DNA of 64,000 nucleotides from an uncultured Candidatus Entotheonella sp. (GTDB lineage: Bacteria; Tectomicrobia; Entotheonellia; Entotheonellales; Entotheonellaceae): contig CBDCDA010000001.1 in assembly GCA_965215335.1 (NCBI GenBank), positions 1,600,001 through 1,664,000 on the forward strand, in the 5' to 3' direction. The translations under genes and the position numbers were made by a program. Every line of letters begins with the position of its first letter. Position 1 is the stretch's first letter. The notes beneath the pieces were generated by a model. That model made no database searches. It was not told where the DNA came from and worked only from the letters and a program-made list of their open reading frames with translations. Positions 31,105-41,132 of this stretch are shown in pieces.

Positions 31105-32274
31105 ATGCCGATGCCTTTGGAAGGTATTACCGTTCTCGACTTTACGAGCTACATTGCCGGACCGTTCTGCCCCGTCATGCTGGCCGACATGGGCGCCGAC
31201 GTCATCAAGATCGAAGCCCACGGCGGCGACCCGACGCGCGCCTTTCCATCTTCCATGCCCAACGGCAGCCGGCTGTTCGAGGGCGTGAACCGTAACAAGC
31301 GGGGGCTGCGGCTCGATCTCAAACAACCCGCGGGCCGCGAGGTCGTGTATCGCCTGGTGCGCCAGGCAGACGTCGTTGTCGAGAATTTCCGTCCGGGCAC
31401 CGCAGCGCGGCTGCAGATCGGCTATGACGACTTGCGACAACGGCAGCCGAAGCTCATCTACTGTGGCATTTCGGGCTATGGGACCAACGGGCCGCTGTCC
31501 GGCAAGCCCGGTTTCGACCAGGTGTTGCAAACGATGACCGGCATCGCCGCAGCGCAGGGGCGTTCCCTGGGACGCCCGATGCTCGTCGGCGGCTCCATCG
31601 TCGATTTCTTTGCCGCCATGCTCGCCACCTACGGCATCATGCTGGCCCTGTTCGTACGCGAACGCACCGGCGAGGGGCAACGGGTCGACACGTCGCTGCT
31701 GGCCGCGGCGCTATCCATGCAGGCCGGCCGCTTCGTGGCCAGCGAGCACGAGCCGCCCGACAACGAGCGTGACCTGGACACCGGCATTTCCGGCCTGTAT
31801 GCCTGCCAAGAAGGCCACCTGTACATCTCGGCCCACGTCCAGAAATTCTGGCTGGCCCTGTGCGACGCCGTCGGGTTGCCCGAGCTGGCTGCCGACCCGC
31901 GCTACGACACCATGCGCAAGCGCAGCACCCATGCCCAGGAACTGCGGGAGCGGCTGGAGGCCGCGTTCCAGACCAAGAACGCCGACGACTGGGCCGCGAA
32001 ACTGGAGAAAGCCGGCGTGCCGAGCGCCGCGGCCGAGGCTATTCACGGCATGTTCGCACATCCGCAGGTGCTGGCTAATCAACTGGTTGAGCAGGTCAGC
32101 CACCCCACCTTGGGCCGGCTGTCCCTCTTTGGCCTGCCGCTCAAGCTGAGCGCCACCCCCGGCTCGGTGCGCCGCGCCGCGCCGGTCCTGGGACAGCACT
32201 CCGAAGAGATTCTCGCCGCCGCCGGCTACGACGCCCAGGAGATCGCCGCCCTGCGCGAGTCGCGGGCCATTTGA
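31105..32274 (+). CDS. family III CoA transferase (CaiB/BaiF)
   Basis: PLEGITVLDF, AGPFC, LADMGADVIKIE, NRNKR, ENFRPG and APVLGQHS. Confidence 0.95.
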   Translation: MPMPLEGITVLDFTSYIAGPFCPVMLADMGADVIKIEAHGGDPTRAFPSSMPNGSRLFEGVNRNKRGLRLDLKQPAGREVVYRLVRQADVVVENFRPGTAARLQIGYDDLRQRQPKLIYCGISGYGTNGPLSGKPGFDQVLQTMTGIAAAQGRSLGRPMLVGGSIVDFFAAMLATYGIMLALFVRERTGEGQRVDTSLLAAALSMQAGRFVASEHEPPDNERDLDTGISGLYACQEGHLYISAHVQKFWLALCDAVGLPELAADPRYDTMRKRSTHAQELRERLEAAFQTKNADDWAAKLEKAGVPSAAAEAIHGMFAHPQVLANQLVEQVSHPTLGRLSLFGLPLKLSATPGSVRRAAPVLGQHSEEILAAAGYDAQEIAALRESRAI

Positions 32275-32417
32275 AGCGGCACACCCGCGCAGCGAACTGT
32301 TGAGTCGGCGAGGGGGCGGATTTGAGAACGGCGGCCAAAAGGGCCGGGACACGACGACGTGGCCGCCAAGGCGTTCGTGCGGATTTTTGGGGAGGCAGGT
32401 TGAAACGCTCCCTCGGG

Positions 32418-32885
32418 TCAGAGACCCCGCAGCGTTTCTTGAATCTTGTCGAAGTTCGGCAGGTCCCTGGGGCTTTCAAGGACTTCGGCGTACCGCACCT
32501 TGCCGGCCTTGTCGATGACAAACGCGGCGCGCCTGGCCACGCCCGCAAAGCCCATCAGGTCGTCGAACTGGGCGCCGTAGGCTTTGCTGACGCCGCGGTT
32601 GAAATCGCTGACCAGGGTGAAGTTGAGGTTCTCTTTCTCTTTCCACTGCTTCTGGGCGAAGGGGCTGTCGACGCTGATGCCCAGCACCTCGGCGTCCAAC
32701 TGGCCATACGTGCCGAGATTGTCCCGCACCGAGCACAACTCGCTGGTGCACACGCCCGTAAAGGCGAACGGCACGAACAGCAGCACGACGTTCTTCTGGC
32801 CGCGAAAACTGCTCAGCGCCACGTCCTGCGTCTCGGTGTCCTTGAGCGTAAAATCCGGTGCCTCTTGCCCTACCTGTACACTCAC
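32418..32885 (-). CDS. peroxiredoxin (AhpC/TSA, AhpE-like)
   Basis: GQEAPDFTL, PFAFTGVCTSELC and GISVDS; GTG start after AGGAGG. Confidence 0.92.
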   Translation of the reverse strand: MSVQVGQEAPDFTLKDTETQDVALSSFRGQKNVVLLFVPFAFTGVCTSELCSVRDNLGTYGQLDAEVLGISVDSPFAQKQWKEKENLNFTLVSDFNRGVSKAYGAQFDDLMGFAGVARRAAFVIDKAGKVRYAEVLESPRDLPNFDKIQETLRGL

Positions 32886-33048
32886 GACCACGCCTCCTGT
32901 ATGGATGGATTTTCCCTCATGCCTGCGGTAAAAGGATGGATTCGGAACGGCGCAAACTGTATCGGCTTTTGGCAGGGCCGTCAACTTGGCGCCGGGAGCC
33001 GCAGACCCGTTGCACACCCGTTTCTCACGACAGGGAGGAACCCCATCC

Positions 33049-34014
33049 ATGCAGCACGACACACCCCGACAACCCGTGATCGTGGAAGGCGCTGCCTCCG
33101 GCACCGGCCCGGACGCTTCCTGGCGCTGGCCCGAGGCGCGCTGGCGGCAGGTGGTCAACCGGGTGCGGGCCGGCAAGTCGCTACGACCCGAGACGTGGCC
33201 CGGCGGTGCGCAAGTGGCCGTGGCGCTGTCGTTCGACGTCGATCAGGAAACGCTGACGCTGCGTGACGGCAAGACGTCCCCGGCGCTCCTGGCGCAGGGT
33301 GAGTACGGCTCCCGCGCCGGACTGCCGCGCATCCTGCGGCTGTTGCGGCGTTACGACATTCCGGCGAGCTTCTACGTCCCCGGGGTGTCGGCGCTGCTGC
33401 ACCCGGACGACGTGACGGACATTGTCTCGGCAGGCCATGAAATCGGACTGCACGGCTGGATTCACGAACGCAACAGCCTGCTCGACGCGGCGGACGAGCG
33501 AGACCTCACCTGGCGCGCCGCCGAGGTGCTCGAAAAGCTCACCGGCACCGCACCCGTGGGTCTGCGCACCGCCTCCTGGGACTTCAGCGACGCCACCCTG
33601 AGCATCATCCGCGACCTGGACCTGCTGTACGATTCTTCTCTGATGGGTGACGATGAACCCTACGAAATCCTGCAGGACGGCGAGCCCACCGGCGTGGTGG
33701 AACTGCCGGTGGAGTGGATCAAGGACGATTATCCTTACTTCGGCATGGACCGCGTGACCACCATCCGCCCGCACACGGCGCCCTCAATGGTAGGCGAAAT
33801 CTGGCAGCGCGAGTTCGACGGCGCATACGCGGAACGCGGCCTGTTCCTGCTCACCATGCACCCGCATATCATCGGGCACCGCTCGCGTATCAGCGTTCTC
33901 GACGAGTTGATCCGGCACATGCGCTCGCACAGTAGCGTGTGGTTCGCCACCCACGCCGACATCGCGCGGTACGTCGGGGGCGACAAGTCGGATACGTCGC
34001 AAGGGCCATCGTAA
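33049..34014 (+). CDS. polysaccharide deacetylase family protein (PgdA/PuuE-like)
   Basis: LSFDVD, GHEIGLHGWIHE, YDSSLMGDD and TMHPHIIG. Confidence 0.9.
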   Translation: MQHDTPRQPVIVEGAASGTGPDASWRWPEARWRQVVNRVRAGKSLRPETWPGGAQVAVALSFDVDQETLTLRDGKTSPALLAQGEYGSRAGLPRILRLLRRYDIPASFYVPGVSALLHPDDVTDIVSAGHEIGLHGWIHERNSLLDAADERDLTWRAAEVLEKLTGTAPVGLRTASWDFSDATLSIIRDLDLLYDSSLMGDDEPYEILQDGEPTGVVELPVEWIKDDYPYFGMDRVTTIRPHTAPSMVGEIWQREFDGAYAERGLFLLTMHPHIIGHRSRISVLDELIRHMRSHSSVWFATHADIARYVGGDKSDTSQGPS

Positions 34015-34033
34015 CCGTCCGTCACGGGATTGG

Positions 34034-34301
34034 GAGAAGGCAGGCAACAGAAGTCGTTCACGGTTTCGGGCACGGGTAGAGCGTGTCTTTGGAGCGCGGC
34101 ACAATGACACGGGCGGGACCCTGGTTCGCAGTATCGGGCTTGTCCGGGCGAGGGCGCGGACAGGTCTCAAGAACTCGCCTACAACATGCGACGGCTGGTT
34201 CGATGACAACATCCTGGGATGGCCGGCTGAGCGCAAACGGGTGTGCGGGGTGTGTCGGCTGCCATCTTTGACCATCCCATGAAGCATTTTTCGAGGTGCC
34301 C
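34034..34301 (+). mobile_element. 3' remnant of a second IS5 family element (IS5 subgroup) with right IR
   Basis: Reads NRSRSRFRARVERVFG...GGTLVRSIGLVRA...GLKN(frameshift)LAYNMRRL; ends in TTTTTCGAGGTGCCC (34287-34301), typical of this subgroup's ends. Confidence 0.7.
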
Positions 34302-34329
34302 GTAAATTAAGGTCGGCCTGTGACTTTGC

Positions 34330-34480
34330 CGTGGGTGTTGGCATGCTGTTGAAGGCGTTCAAACATGGTTGGAGGCGGGAAGTCCCGGCGGTACAAGCGG
34401 AACCCTTACCCCGTCTTGAGGGGCCAGGAACCGCCGTGTATACTGCCGCCCCAACCCGGACCCAAGAGTCACAACCCACG
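34330..34480. ncRNA. orphan structured RNA-like element of unknown class
   Basis: Nested pairings: 34330-36/34474-80, 34367-78/34446-56, 34386-92/34430-36, 34409-12/34420-23, plus a side hairpin catg..ttgaa-ggcg-ttcaa..catg. Confidence 0.5.
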
Positions 34481-34520
34481 CGGGGCGTCTGCCGGCGCCC
34501 CGCTGCCTCAGGAGGGCATC

Positions 34521-35783
34521 ATGCGACCAGCACGCCCGGCATTCATCGCCGCCCAGGCGCTCACGCCGTTTATCGGCAAGGGGAGTCCCAACTTCATCGC
34601 CAAGGGACACCCGGATTACGGCGTCAAGGAGAACCCGACGCTTGAGGACCACATCGTCACGGTCATCCGCCAGCTGCTGAACGACAACGCCATCGATCCG
34701 CGCCTCATCCAGCGCGGCTATATCGGCAACTTTGCCGGCGAGTTGTTTTCCAGCCAGGGCTTCCTTGGCGCCATGCTCGCCCGGGCGGACGAACGATTGG
34801 CGGGCGTCGGCTGCGCGCGCGTCGAGGCGGCGTGCGCGTCCGGTGGCGTCGGTATCGTGGGCGCCATCGAGGCTGTCCAGGCCGGCCTGGACGTCGTGCT
34901 GGTCGTCGGCGCCGAGGTGCAGACGACGGTGCGGGCGCGCGAGGGCGCCGATTACCTGGCGCGCGCCGCGCACTATGCCAGCGAGCGCTCCATCGACGAC
35001 TTCACCTTCCCCGCCCTGCTCGCCCGCCGCGCCAAGGCGTACAAGGAAACCTACGGCCTCACCGACCGTGACCTGGCGCATTTTTCCGTCAAGGCGTACG
35101 CCAATGCCAACCGCAACCCCCTGGCCCACATGCACGCTGTCAAGATGACCCTCGAACAGGCCGCCACGGCCAGCGATTCCAATCCGAACATCCTGCAGAA
35201 CCCGGAGTTGTGCGAGCACCTCAGGGTCAGCGATTGCTCGCAGGTGAGCGACGGCGCCGCGGCGCTGATCATCGCCAGCGAAGCGGGCTTGGAGCGGCTG
35301 GGCCGGGCGCGGCAGGACTGTGTGCAACTGAAATCGTACGGCTTCTGCACCAATCCGCTAGGGCAGGTGAACGATCTGCTGCGCCTCGACACCGCCGCCT
35401 CGGCCGCCGCCGAAGCCGTGCAAGACGGCGACGTCACGCCGCAGGACGTGCAGATGGCCGAGGTGCACGACTGCTTCACGATTGCCGAGTTGATGATGTA
35501 CGAGGCCATCGGGTTCGCCGAGCCGGGCAAGGGCATCGACCTGCTGCGCTCCGGCGAGACCTCCCTGGAAGGCAGCGTGCCGGTCAACCCCGGCGGCGGC
35601 CTGGTGGGTTTCGGCCACCCGGTCGGCGCCACCGGTGTCAAGCAGGCAGCCGAGGTCTACCGTCAGATGAAGGGCCTGTGCGGGGACTACCAGATTCAGA
35701 GGGACATCCACACCGGCCTGACCGCCAACATGGGCGGCGATGACCGTACGGTCGTTTCGCTGGTGCTGGAAAACGTCGCGTAA
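34521..35783 (+). CDS. SCP2-type thiolase
   Basis: EAACASG (catalytic Cys), SDGAAA, EVHDCF and GHPVGATG; AGGAGGG RBS. Confidence 0.93.
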   Translation: MRPARPAFIAAQALTPFIGKGSPNFIAKGHPDYGVKENPTLEDHIVTVIRQLLNDNAIDPRLIQRGYIGNFAGELFSSQGFLGAMLARADERLAGVGCARVEAACASGGVGIVGAIEAVQAGLDVVLVVGAEVQTTVRAREGADYLARAAHYASERSIDDFTFPALLARRAKAYKETYGLTDRDLAHFSVKAYANANRNPLAHMHAVKMTLEQAATASDSNPNILQNPELCEHLRVSDCSQVSDGAAALIIASEAGLERLGRARQDCVQLKSYGFCTNPLGQVNDLLRLDTAASAAAEAVQDGDVTPQDVQMAEVHDCFTIAELMMYEAIGFAEPGKGIDLLRSGETSLEGSVPVNPGGGLVGFGHPVGATGVKQAAEVYRQMKGLCGDYQIQRDIHTGLTANMGGDDRTVVSLVLENVA

Positions 35784-35807
35784 TTCAATCCTGCCGCGTG
35801 TCCCGCC

Positions 35808-35838
35808 AAGGGGGGCGAGCGTCGCCCCCCCCTTCTTT
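35808..35838. terminator. probable intrinsic terminator between convergent genes
   Basis: GGGGGGCGA-GCG-TCGCCCCCC hairpin followed by CCTTCTTT. Confidence 0.55.
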
Positions 35839-37795
35839 ACGAAGCGGCGGCCAACGCCTGAAAGGACGACAACTGTTCGGGCCGGCCGATGACCGCGGCC
35901 AGATCCTCGCTGGCAAACCGAAAATCGATGTCCGGGTTGGCGTGCAGTTCGCCCGCGCGCATGACGCCGACGACCGTGGCGCCCGTCTGGCCGCGAATGT
36001 CCATCTCACGCAACGTTCGCCCGACCAGCGGGCTGTCAGGCGCCAGGGCGACCCAGGTCAGGTCCAGCAGGCGCGGGGTGCGGCGCAGCTGGGCGATGAC
36101 GCGGGAGTCGGTGGGTGGCTGATACAACGGGGCGTAGTGTTCCTTGTGAATGGCGTCCGTAAAGTTCTGGATTTCAATGGCCGGCAGGTTCAGATGCACC
36201 AGCGCCTGACGGGTGATCTCCAGCCCGGCTTCGAACTCCGGCTGCACGACCTCGTACACCCCGCGGTCGTACAGCGCGTCCATGTGTTCGAGCCCCTCGG
36301 CCCTGGCCACGATGTGCAGCCCCGGCTTCAACTGGCGAACCTGATCCACGATGCCCTGGGTCGTGACGATGGCCGGCGTGGTGATCAGGAGCAACCGGGC
36401 CTCGGCGATGCCGGCGGCTTCCAGCACCACCCCCTGGCTGGCGTCCCCGGAGATGATGGGCCAGCCGGCGGCCTTGGCCTGCTCCACGCGCCGGGCGTCG
36501 AGCTCGATGACCACGAATCCCACCTCGAAGCGCCACAGCACCTGCGCCACGCACTGGCCCACCCGGCCGCCGCCCGCAATCACCACGTGGTCGCGCAGTC
36601 CCCGCGCCGGCAGGTTGACGGACTGCAGCGGCTCAAACCGGAACCACCGTCGGCGCAGGGCATACAGCGGCGCCGTGAAGCCTGACAGGACAGGCGTCAG
36701 GATGATCGTCGCAATGGCGGTGGTCAGCACCAGCGCGTACAACTCGGCGTCGATCGCCCCCGCCTTGAGGCCCACGCGGGCCAGCACGAACGAGAACTCG
36801 CCGACCTGGAACAGGGTCAGGGCAACCGCCAGGGGGACAACGTTCCGGTACCCGAAGAAACGAGGCAAGAGCCCGAAAATCAACATCTTGCCCACCATGA
36901 TGCAAAACACCAGAAGACCCACCTCTTGCAGGTGGGCGAACAGGAATGCCGGATCGAAGAGGATGCCGACGGAAGCGAAGAACAGCAGCCCGAAGAGGTC
37001 GCGTAGCGGCAGGATGTCACTGAGGGCCTGATGGCCGTAGTCCGACTCGCTCAGCACCATGCCCGCCACGAAGGCGCCCAGTGCAAACGACAGCCCGGCC
37101 AGGTGCGTGGCATAGCCGATTCCCAGGCCGATGGCGGTGATGGACAGCAGGAAGAGCTCGCGCGAATTCCAACCGGCGATGTACACCATCAGGCGGGGCA
37201 GCAGGCGGACGCCGACGCCGACCGTCAGCGCCAGGAAGAGCATGGCCTTCAACGCCGCGAGGCCGAGCAGGGCCAGGCCGGTTTGCGGGTCGTGCAACTG
37301 CGGCAGGATGATCATCAGCGGCACCACCGCGAGGTCCTGCACGAGCAGCACGCCGATCATCACCCGGCTGGACAGCGTGCCCATCCTGCCTTGGCTCATC
37401 AGGGTTCTCAGCACCACCATGGTGCTGGACAACGAGATCAGGGCGCCGAACCAGAGCGCCGAGCGCCATTCCCAACCCAGCCATGTTCCGAGCGCAAAGC
37501 CGTATGCAATGGTGACGACAATCTGGATGGGCGTGCCGACCAGGGCGATGCTGCGCACCGGGCGCAAATCCCGGAAAGCGAATTCCAGCCCAAGGGCGAA
37601 TAACAGGAGCGCCACGCCGATCTCGGCCAGCAGCTCGATCTCGTGGACGTCGGAGACCACCGCAAAACCATGCGGCCCGACGGCCATACCGGCAAGGATG
37701 TAGCCCAGCACCAGCGGCTGCTTGAGCCGCTGCGCCACCAGCCCGCCCAGCAAGGCCGTGACGACAATGATGACGATGTCCGCCGCAATGCCCAA
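35837..37795 (-). CDS. CPA2 family cation:proton antiporter with TrkA-N and TrkA-C domains
   Basis: [35 protein letters not shown] (NAD binding) and C-terminal RCK-C; TTG start after AAAGGAG. Confidence 0.93.
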   Translation of the reverse strand: MGIAADIVIIVVTALLGGLVAQRLKQPLVLGYILAGMAVGPHGFAVVSDVHEIELLAEIGVALLLFALGLEFAFRDLRPVRSIALVGTPIQIVVTIAYGFALGTWLGWEWRSALWFGALISLSSTMVVLRTLMSQGRMGTLSSRVMIGVLLVQDLAVVPLMIILPQLHDPQTGLALLGLAALKAMLFLALTVGVGVRLLPRLMVYIAGWNSRELFLLSITAIGLGIGYATHLAGLSFALGAFVAGMVLSESDYGHQALSDILPLRDLFGLLFFASVGILFDPAFLFAHLQEVGLLVFCIMVGKMLIFGLLPRFFGYRNVVPLAVALTLFQVGEFSFVLARVGLKAGAIDAELYALVLTTAIATIILTPVLSGFTAPLYALRRRWFRFEPLQSVNLPARGLRDHVVIAGGGRVGQCVAQVLWRFEVGFVVIELDARRVEQAKAAGWPIISGDASQGVVLEAAGIAEARLLLITTPAIVTTQGIVDQVRQLKPGLHIVARAEGLEHMDALYDRGVYEVVQPEFEAGLEITRQALVHLNLPAIEIQNFTDAIHKEHYAPLYQPPTDSRVIAQLRRTPRLLDLTWVALAPDSPLVGRTLREMDIRGQTGATVVGVMRAGELHANPDIDFRFASEDLAAVIGRPEQLSSFQALAAAS

Positions 37796-37835
37796 ATGCC
37801 GTCTCCTTTCGTGCCGTCGCCGGCCCCTGCTATCC

Positions 37836-37844
37836 TGCTATAAT
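37836..37844 (+). promoter_or_regulatory. extended -10 promoter upstream of uppS
   Basis: TGCTATAAT about 105 bp upstream of the start. Confidence 0.45.
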
Positions 37845-37948
37845 GATCGTCGTTGGGGGGTCTTACCAGGCAGTTCTGAGCACTCCCACCGATTCCAGCT
37901 CCCTCTCGCCAAGCCTCCATCACGCCGGCGTTTTGAGGAGATAGCTCG

Positions 37949-38794
37949 TTGACGGACCCGTTTCATGACGATGTGGCACCGCCGTCCACCGCCCAAGACA
38001 TGAGCGCAGAGGGAACCGAATCGGTGCGCTGGTTCGAGGGCGGTTTCGGGCTACTGTACGACCGCCTGCTTTCCCGCAAAGTACGGCGCGACCTGCTGCC
38101 TACGCACGTGGCCATCGTCATGGACGGCAACCGTCGCTTCGCCCTGAGCAGCGGCCTGCGCAGCGAGCAGGGCCACCGCATGGGCAAGGAGAAGGTGCGC
38201 GAGGTGATGCACTGGTGCCGCGACATCGGCATCAAGTACCTGACCGTCTACGCCCTCTCCATCGAAAACCTGACGAGCCGCTCACCCGCGGAGTTGGCCA
38301 CCCTGTTCGACCTCTACGAATCCGGCTTCCTGGAACTTTGCGACGACCGCGAAATCCACCGCGACCGCGTGCGCTGCAAGGTCGTGGGGCAGATGCACCT
38401 GCTGCCACCCCGCGTCATCACGGCCATCGACGCCGCCGAAAAAGCCACCAAGGACTACGACAACCTCGTCTTCACCGTCTGCCTGGCGTACGGGGCGCGT
38501 CAGGAATTGGTGGACGCCATCAAGAGCATCCTCAGCGATCACCGCGACGGCAAAATCGACCTGGACAGCATTTGCGAAGACCTGGTGGCGCAATACCTGT
38601 ACACCAACGACATACCCGATCCCGATCTGGTCATCCGCACGTCCGGTGAGGAGCGGGTCTCCAACTTTCTCCTGTGGCAGATGGCCTACGCCGAACTGTG
38701 CTTCATCGACGTCCACTGGCCCGTTTTCCGCAAGCGCGATTTCCTGCGCGCCATCCGCACCTACCAGGGCCGCCAGCGCCGCTACGGCGGGTAG
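37949..38794 (+). CDS. uppS: cis-prenyltransferase (polyprenyl diphosphate synthase)
   Basis: HVAIVMDGNRR, YALSIEN, DPDLVIRTSGEERVSNFLLWQ and RRYGG. Start uncertain. Confidence 0.93.
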   Translation: MTDPFHDDVAPPSTAQDMSAEGTESVRWFEGGFGLLYDRLLSRKVRRDLLPTHVAIVMDGNRRFALSSGLRSEQGHRMGKEKVREVMHWCRDIGIKYLTVYALSIENLTSRSPAELATLFDLYESGFLELCDDREIHRDRVRCKVVGQMHLLPPRVITAIDAAEKATKDYDNLVFTVCLAYGARQELVDAIKSILSDHRDGKIDLDSICEDLVAQYLYTNDIPDPDLVIRTSGEERVSNFLLWQMAYAELCFIDVHWPVFRKRDFLRAIRTYQGRQRRYGG

Positions 38795-38802
38795 AACACG
38801 CT

Positions 38803-39705
38803 TTACGCCGGCGTCCCGTCGAGAAGCTCCAGCAACGCCTCGGCCACGACTCCGGGCTGCTCCCGCGGCATGAAGTGGCCGGCCTTGGGCACGACGCGCC
38901 GGACGGTGCCCAGCGGAAATTGCGCCATGTCCGCCTCGGAGCGATAGGGCGGTCCCACCGTGTCATCGGCGCCGTGCAGCACGACGGACGGCACCGTAAT
39001 CGGCGGGCGCAGGGCCAGACGGCGTTCGACCGCGGTGAAGCGCGGGTCGCTCGGGGCATTCAGGTGCCGGTGACGGTACGAATGAATCACCAGGTCCACG
39101 AAATCCGGGTTGTCGAACGAAGGGGCGGTGCGGTCATAAGTGGCATCATCGAATTCCCACGTTGGCGACCATTCCCGCCACAGCAGACGGCAGATGTCGT
39201 AGCGGTTCCGCTCCAGACCCAGCCGCCCGCGCTCGGTGTTGAAGTACCACTGATACCAGTAGGCGCGCTCCTCCACGGCCGTCGCCGGGCGTGGAGGAGC
39301 CAAGGTGTCCTGCACGTTGTATCCGCCGATGGTTACCAGCCCCCGCACCCGCTCCGGCTGCAGGATGGCCGTGATGCACGCCGCCCGGCCGCCCCAGTCG
39401 TACCCGGCCAAGCCGACGCGGTCGAGACCCAGGGCGTCCAGGAAGTCGATCAGGTCCTGCGCCATCGCCGCCTGCTGGGCCATGCGTGGCGCCCCATCAT
39501 CCAGGAATCGCGTCGGCCCATAGCCTCGCAGATAGGGCGCCAGCGCCCGATACCCCGACGCCGCCAGGGACGCCGCCACGTCGTCCCAGGCCCGCACGTC
39601 GTCAGGAAATCCGTGCAGCAACACGACGGGAAAGCCGTTGGCGGCGCCATGCGCCTCGTAGCCGATCTCGAGAGTGGGTGTAGGTACGCTCAAACCTTCA
39701 CGCAT
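38803..39705 (-). CDS. alpha/beta hydrolase (epoxide-hydrolase-like)
   Basis: LLHGFPD, APYLRGYG, GYDWGG, LHGADD and AGHF. Confidence 0.93.
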   Translation of the reverse strand: MREGLSVPTPTLEIGYEAHGAANGFPVVLLHGFPDDVRAWDDVAASLAASGYRALAPYLRGYGPTRFLDDGAPRMAQQAAMAQDLIDFLDALGLDRVGLAGYDWGGRAACITAILQPERVRGLVTIGGYNVQDTLAPPRPATAVEERAYWYQWYFNTERGRLGLERNRYDICRLLWREWSPTWEFDDATYDRTAPSFDNPDFVDLVIHSYRHRHLNAPSDPRFTAVERRLALRPPITVPSVVLHGADDTVGPPYRSEADMAQFPLGTVRRVVPKAGHFMPREQPGVVAEALLELLDGTPA

Positions 39706-39875
39706 GAATAACTCCTTTCCGACGCGTTTGAACCCGGATGCCTTCCCGGCAGCATTGTACCGCAAGGCGGATGATCTCGAGGCATCCGACCCGGCCGTCG
39801 CCCGGTTGACACCCACGCCCGCCGCATTACAATGAGCCAATTCCCAATTCGCGTTGCAGCATAAGGAGATGATTG

Positions 39876-41069
39876 ATGATCACGAGATTTGGCAGCCTGT
39901 ACGCCGGACACGTTGACTTGGACGACATTGGCTTTGAGGGAACGCCGGTTAACGACCGCTGGCTGTCCGATGAGCACATCGCCACCGTTTTCGACAAGTC
40001 CGAAGCCATTGCCACCACCATGGACCGGCTGGGCTACAGCACCTTCTGGGCGGCGGAACACCGCTTCCAGCGCGAGGGCTATGAGTGCATCCCCAACCTG
40101 CTGATGCTCTTCGTCCACCTGGCCCACCTGACCCGGAACATCAAGTTCGGCTGCGGCTTCAACGTGGCGCCCATGTGGCATCCGCTACGCATGGCCGAAG
40201 ACTTCGCCATGGCCGATCACATGACCGGCGGGCGGGTCATCTTCGGCGTCGGGCGCGGTTACCACTCGCGCGAAAACGAGGTGCTGGGCGCGCCCAGCAC
40301 GGCCCTCGACAACGAAGCCAACCGTGAGCTGTTCGAAGAACAGGTCGAACTCATCCTCAAGGCTTTCCACGAGCGTTCGTTCTCGCATCACAGCAAGAAT
40401 TACGACATCCCGCCCGGGATTCCGTATCGGGGCTACGAACTGGAGGAGATCACCCTGGTGCCGCGGCCCCGCCACCTGCCGGTCGAGTGCTGGCAGCCCG
40501 TGGTCAGCGCCACGCAGCGCGGCCTGGACTTCATGGCCAAGCACGGCATCAAGGGCATCATCGGCGGCGGTGCGGCGGCCGGCGGCGCTACCGCCAAGGT
40601 GATGGAAGCCTGGCGGGACGCGCTGCGGCGCGTCGGACGCGAGACGGAACTGGGAAGCGACCTGATCGTGGGCTTCACCTACCACATCGCCGAAACCGAG
40701 CAGAAGGCCATCGAGGAGGCCCGGCCCTTCTTTGAGGAAAACATGAAGATGTTCGCGCCGCTCGGCTTTGTGCGCGGCCTCACCGACGGCCAGATCGAGG
40801 CCATCGCCGACCCCAAGCGGGCACGCTCGGCCAATCTGCCGACGCTGGAGCAGGCCATCGAGGCCGGCTCCTGGCTCTGCGGCCCGCCGGAACTGATCAT
40901 CGAAAAGCTCCAGGAGGTACAGGACCGCTATCCCGGCCTGGAAGAAGTGAACGTCGGCTCGGTGATCGGCACGCCGCAGAGGGTTATCCTGGAACAGTTG
41001 GAAATCTTCGCCCGCGAAGTCATGCCGGCCTTCCAGAGCCAGGACCGCGCCGCCGCGCCCGCGGATTAA
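39876..41069 (+). CDS. LLM class flavin-dependent oxidoreductase
   Basis: WAAEH, WHPLRMAED, GVGRGYHSRE and FAREVMPAF. Confidence 0.92.
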   Translation: MITRFGSLYAGHVDLDDIGFEGTPVNDRWLSDEHIATVFDKSEAIATTMDRLGYSTFWAAEHRFQREGYECIPNLLMLFVHLAHLTRNIKFGCGFNVAPMWHPLRMAEDFAMADHMTGGRVIFGVGRGYHSRENEVLGAPSTALDNEANRELFEEQVELILKAFHERSFSHHSKNYDIPPGIPYRGYELEEITLVPRPRHLPVECWQPVVSATQRGLDFMAKHGIKGIIGGGAAAGGATAKVMEAWRDALRRVGRETELGSDLIVGFTYHIAETEQKAIEEARPFFEENMKMFAPLGFVRGLTDGQIEAIADPKRARSANLPTLEQAIEAGSWLCGPPELIIEKLQEVQDRYPGLEEVNVGSVIGTPQRVILEQLEIFAREVMPAFQSQDRAAAPAD

Positions 41070-41081
41070 GCCGTCTCTGCT

Positions 41082-41110
41082 GTAGGGACGAGATCGGAAC
41101 TCGTCCCTAC
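41082..41110. repeat. GTAG-type REP-like palindrome
   Basis: GTAGGGACGAG-atcggaa-CTCGTCCCTAC, an 11-bp perfect stem between convergent genes. Confidence 0.65.
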
Positions 41111-41132
41111 GACATCCTCCCAATTGCCTGCC

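Noticed and set aside
34330..34480. 6S RNA or SRP RNA
   Set aside because: No SRP CAGG..GNRA..AGCA motif, and the TTGAA/TTCAA pair forms a local hairpin rather than the long-range 6S stem; kept as an unassigned structured element.
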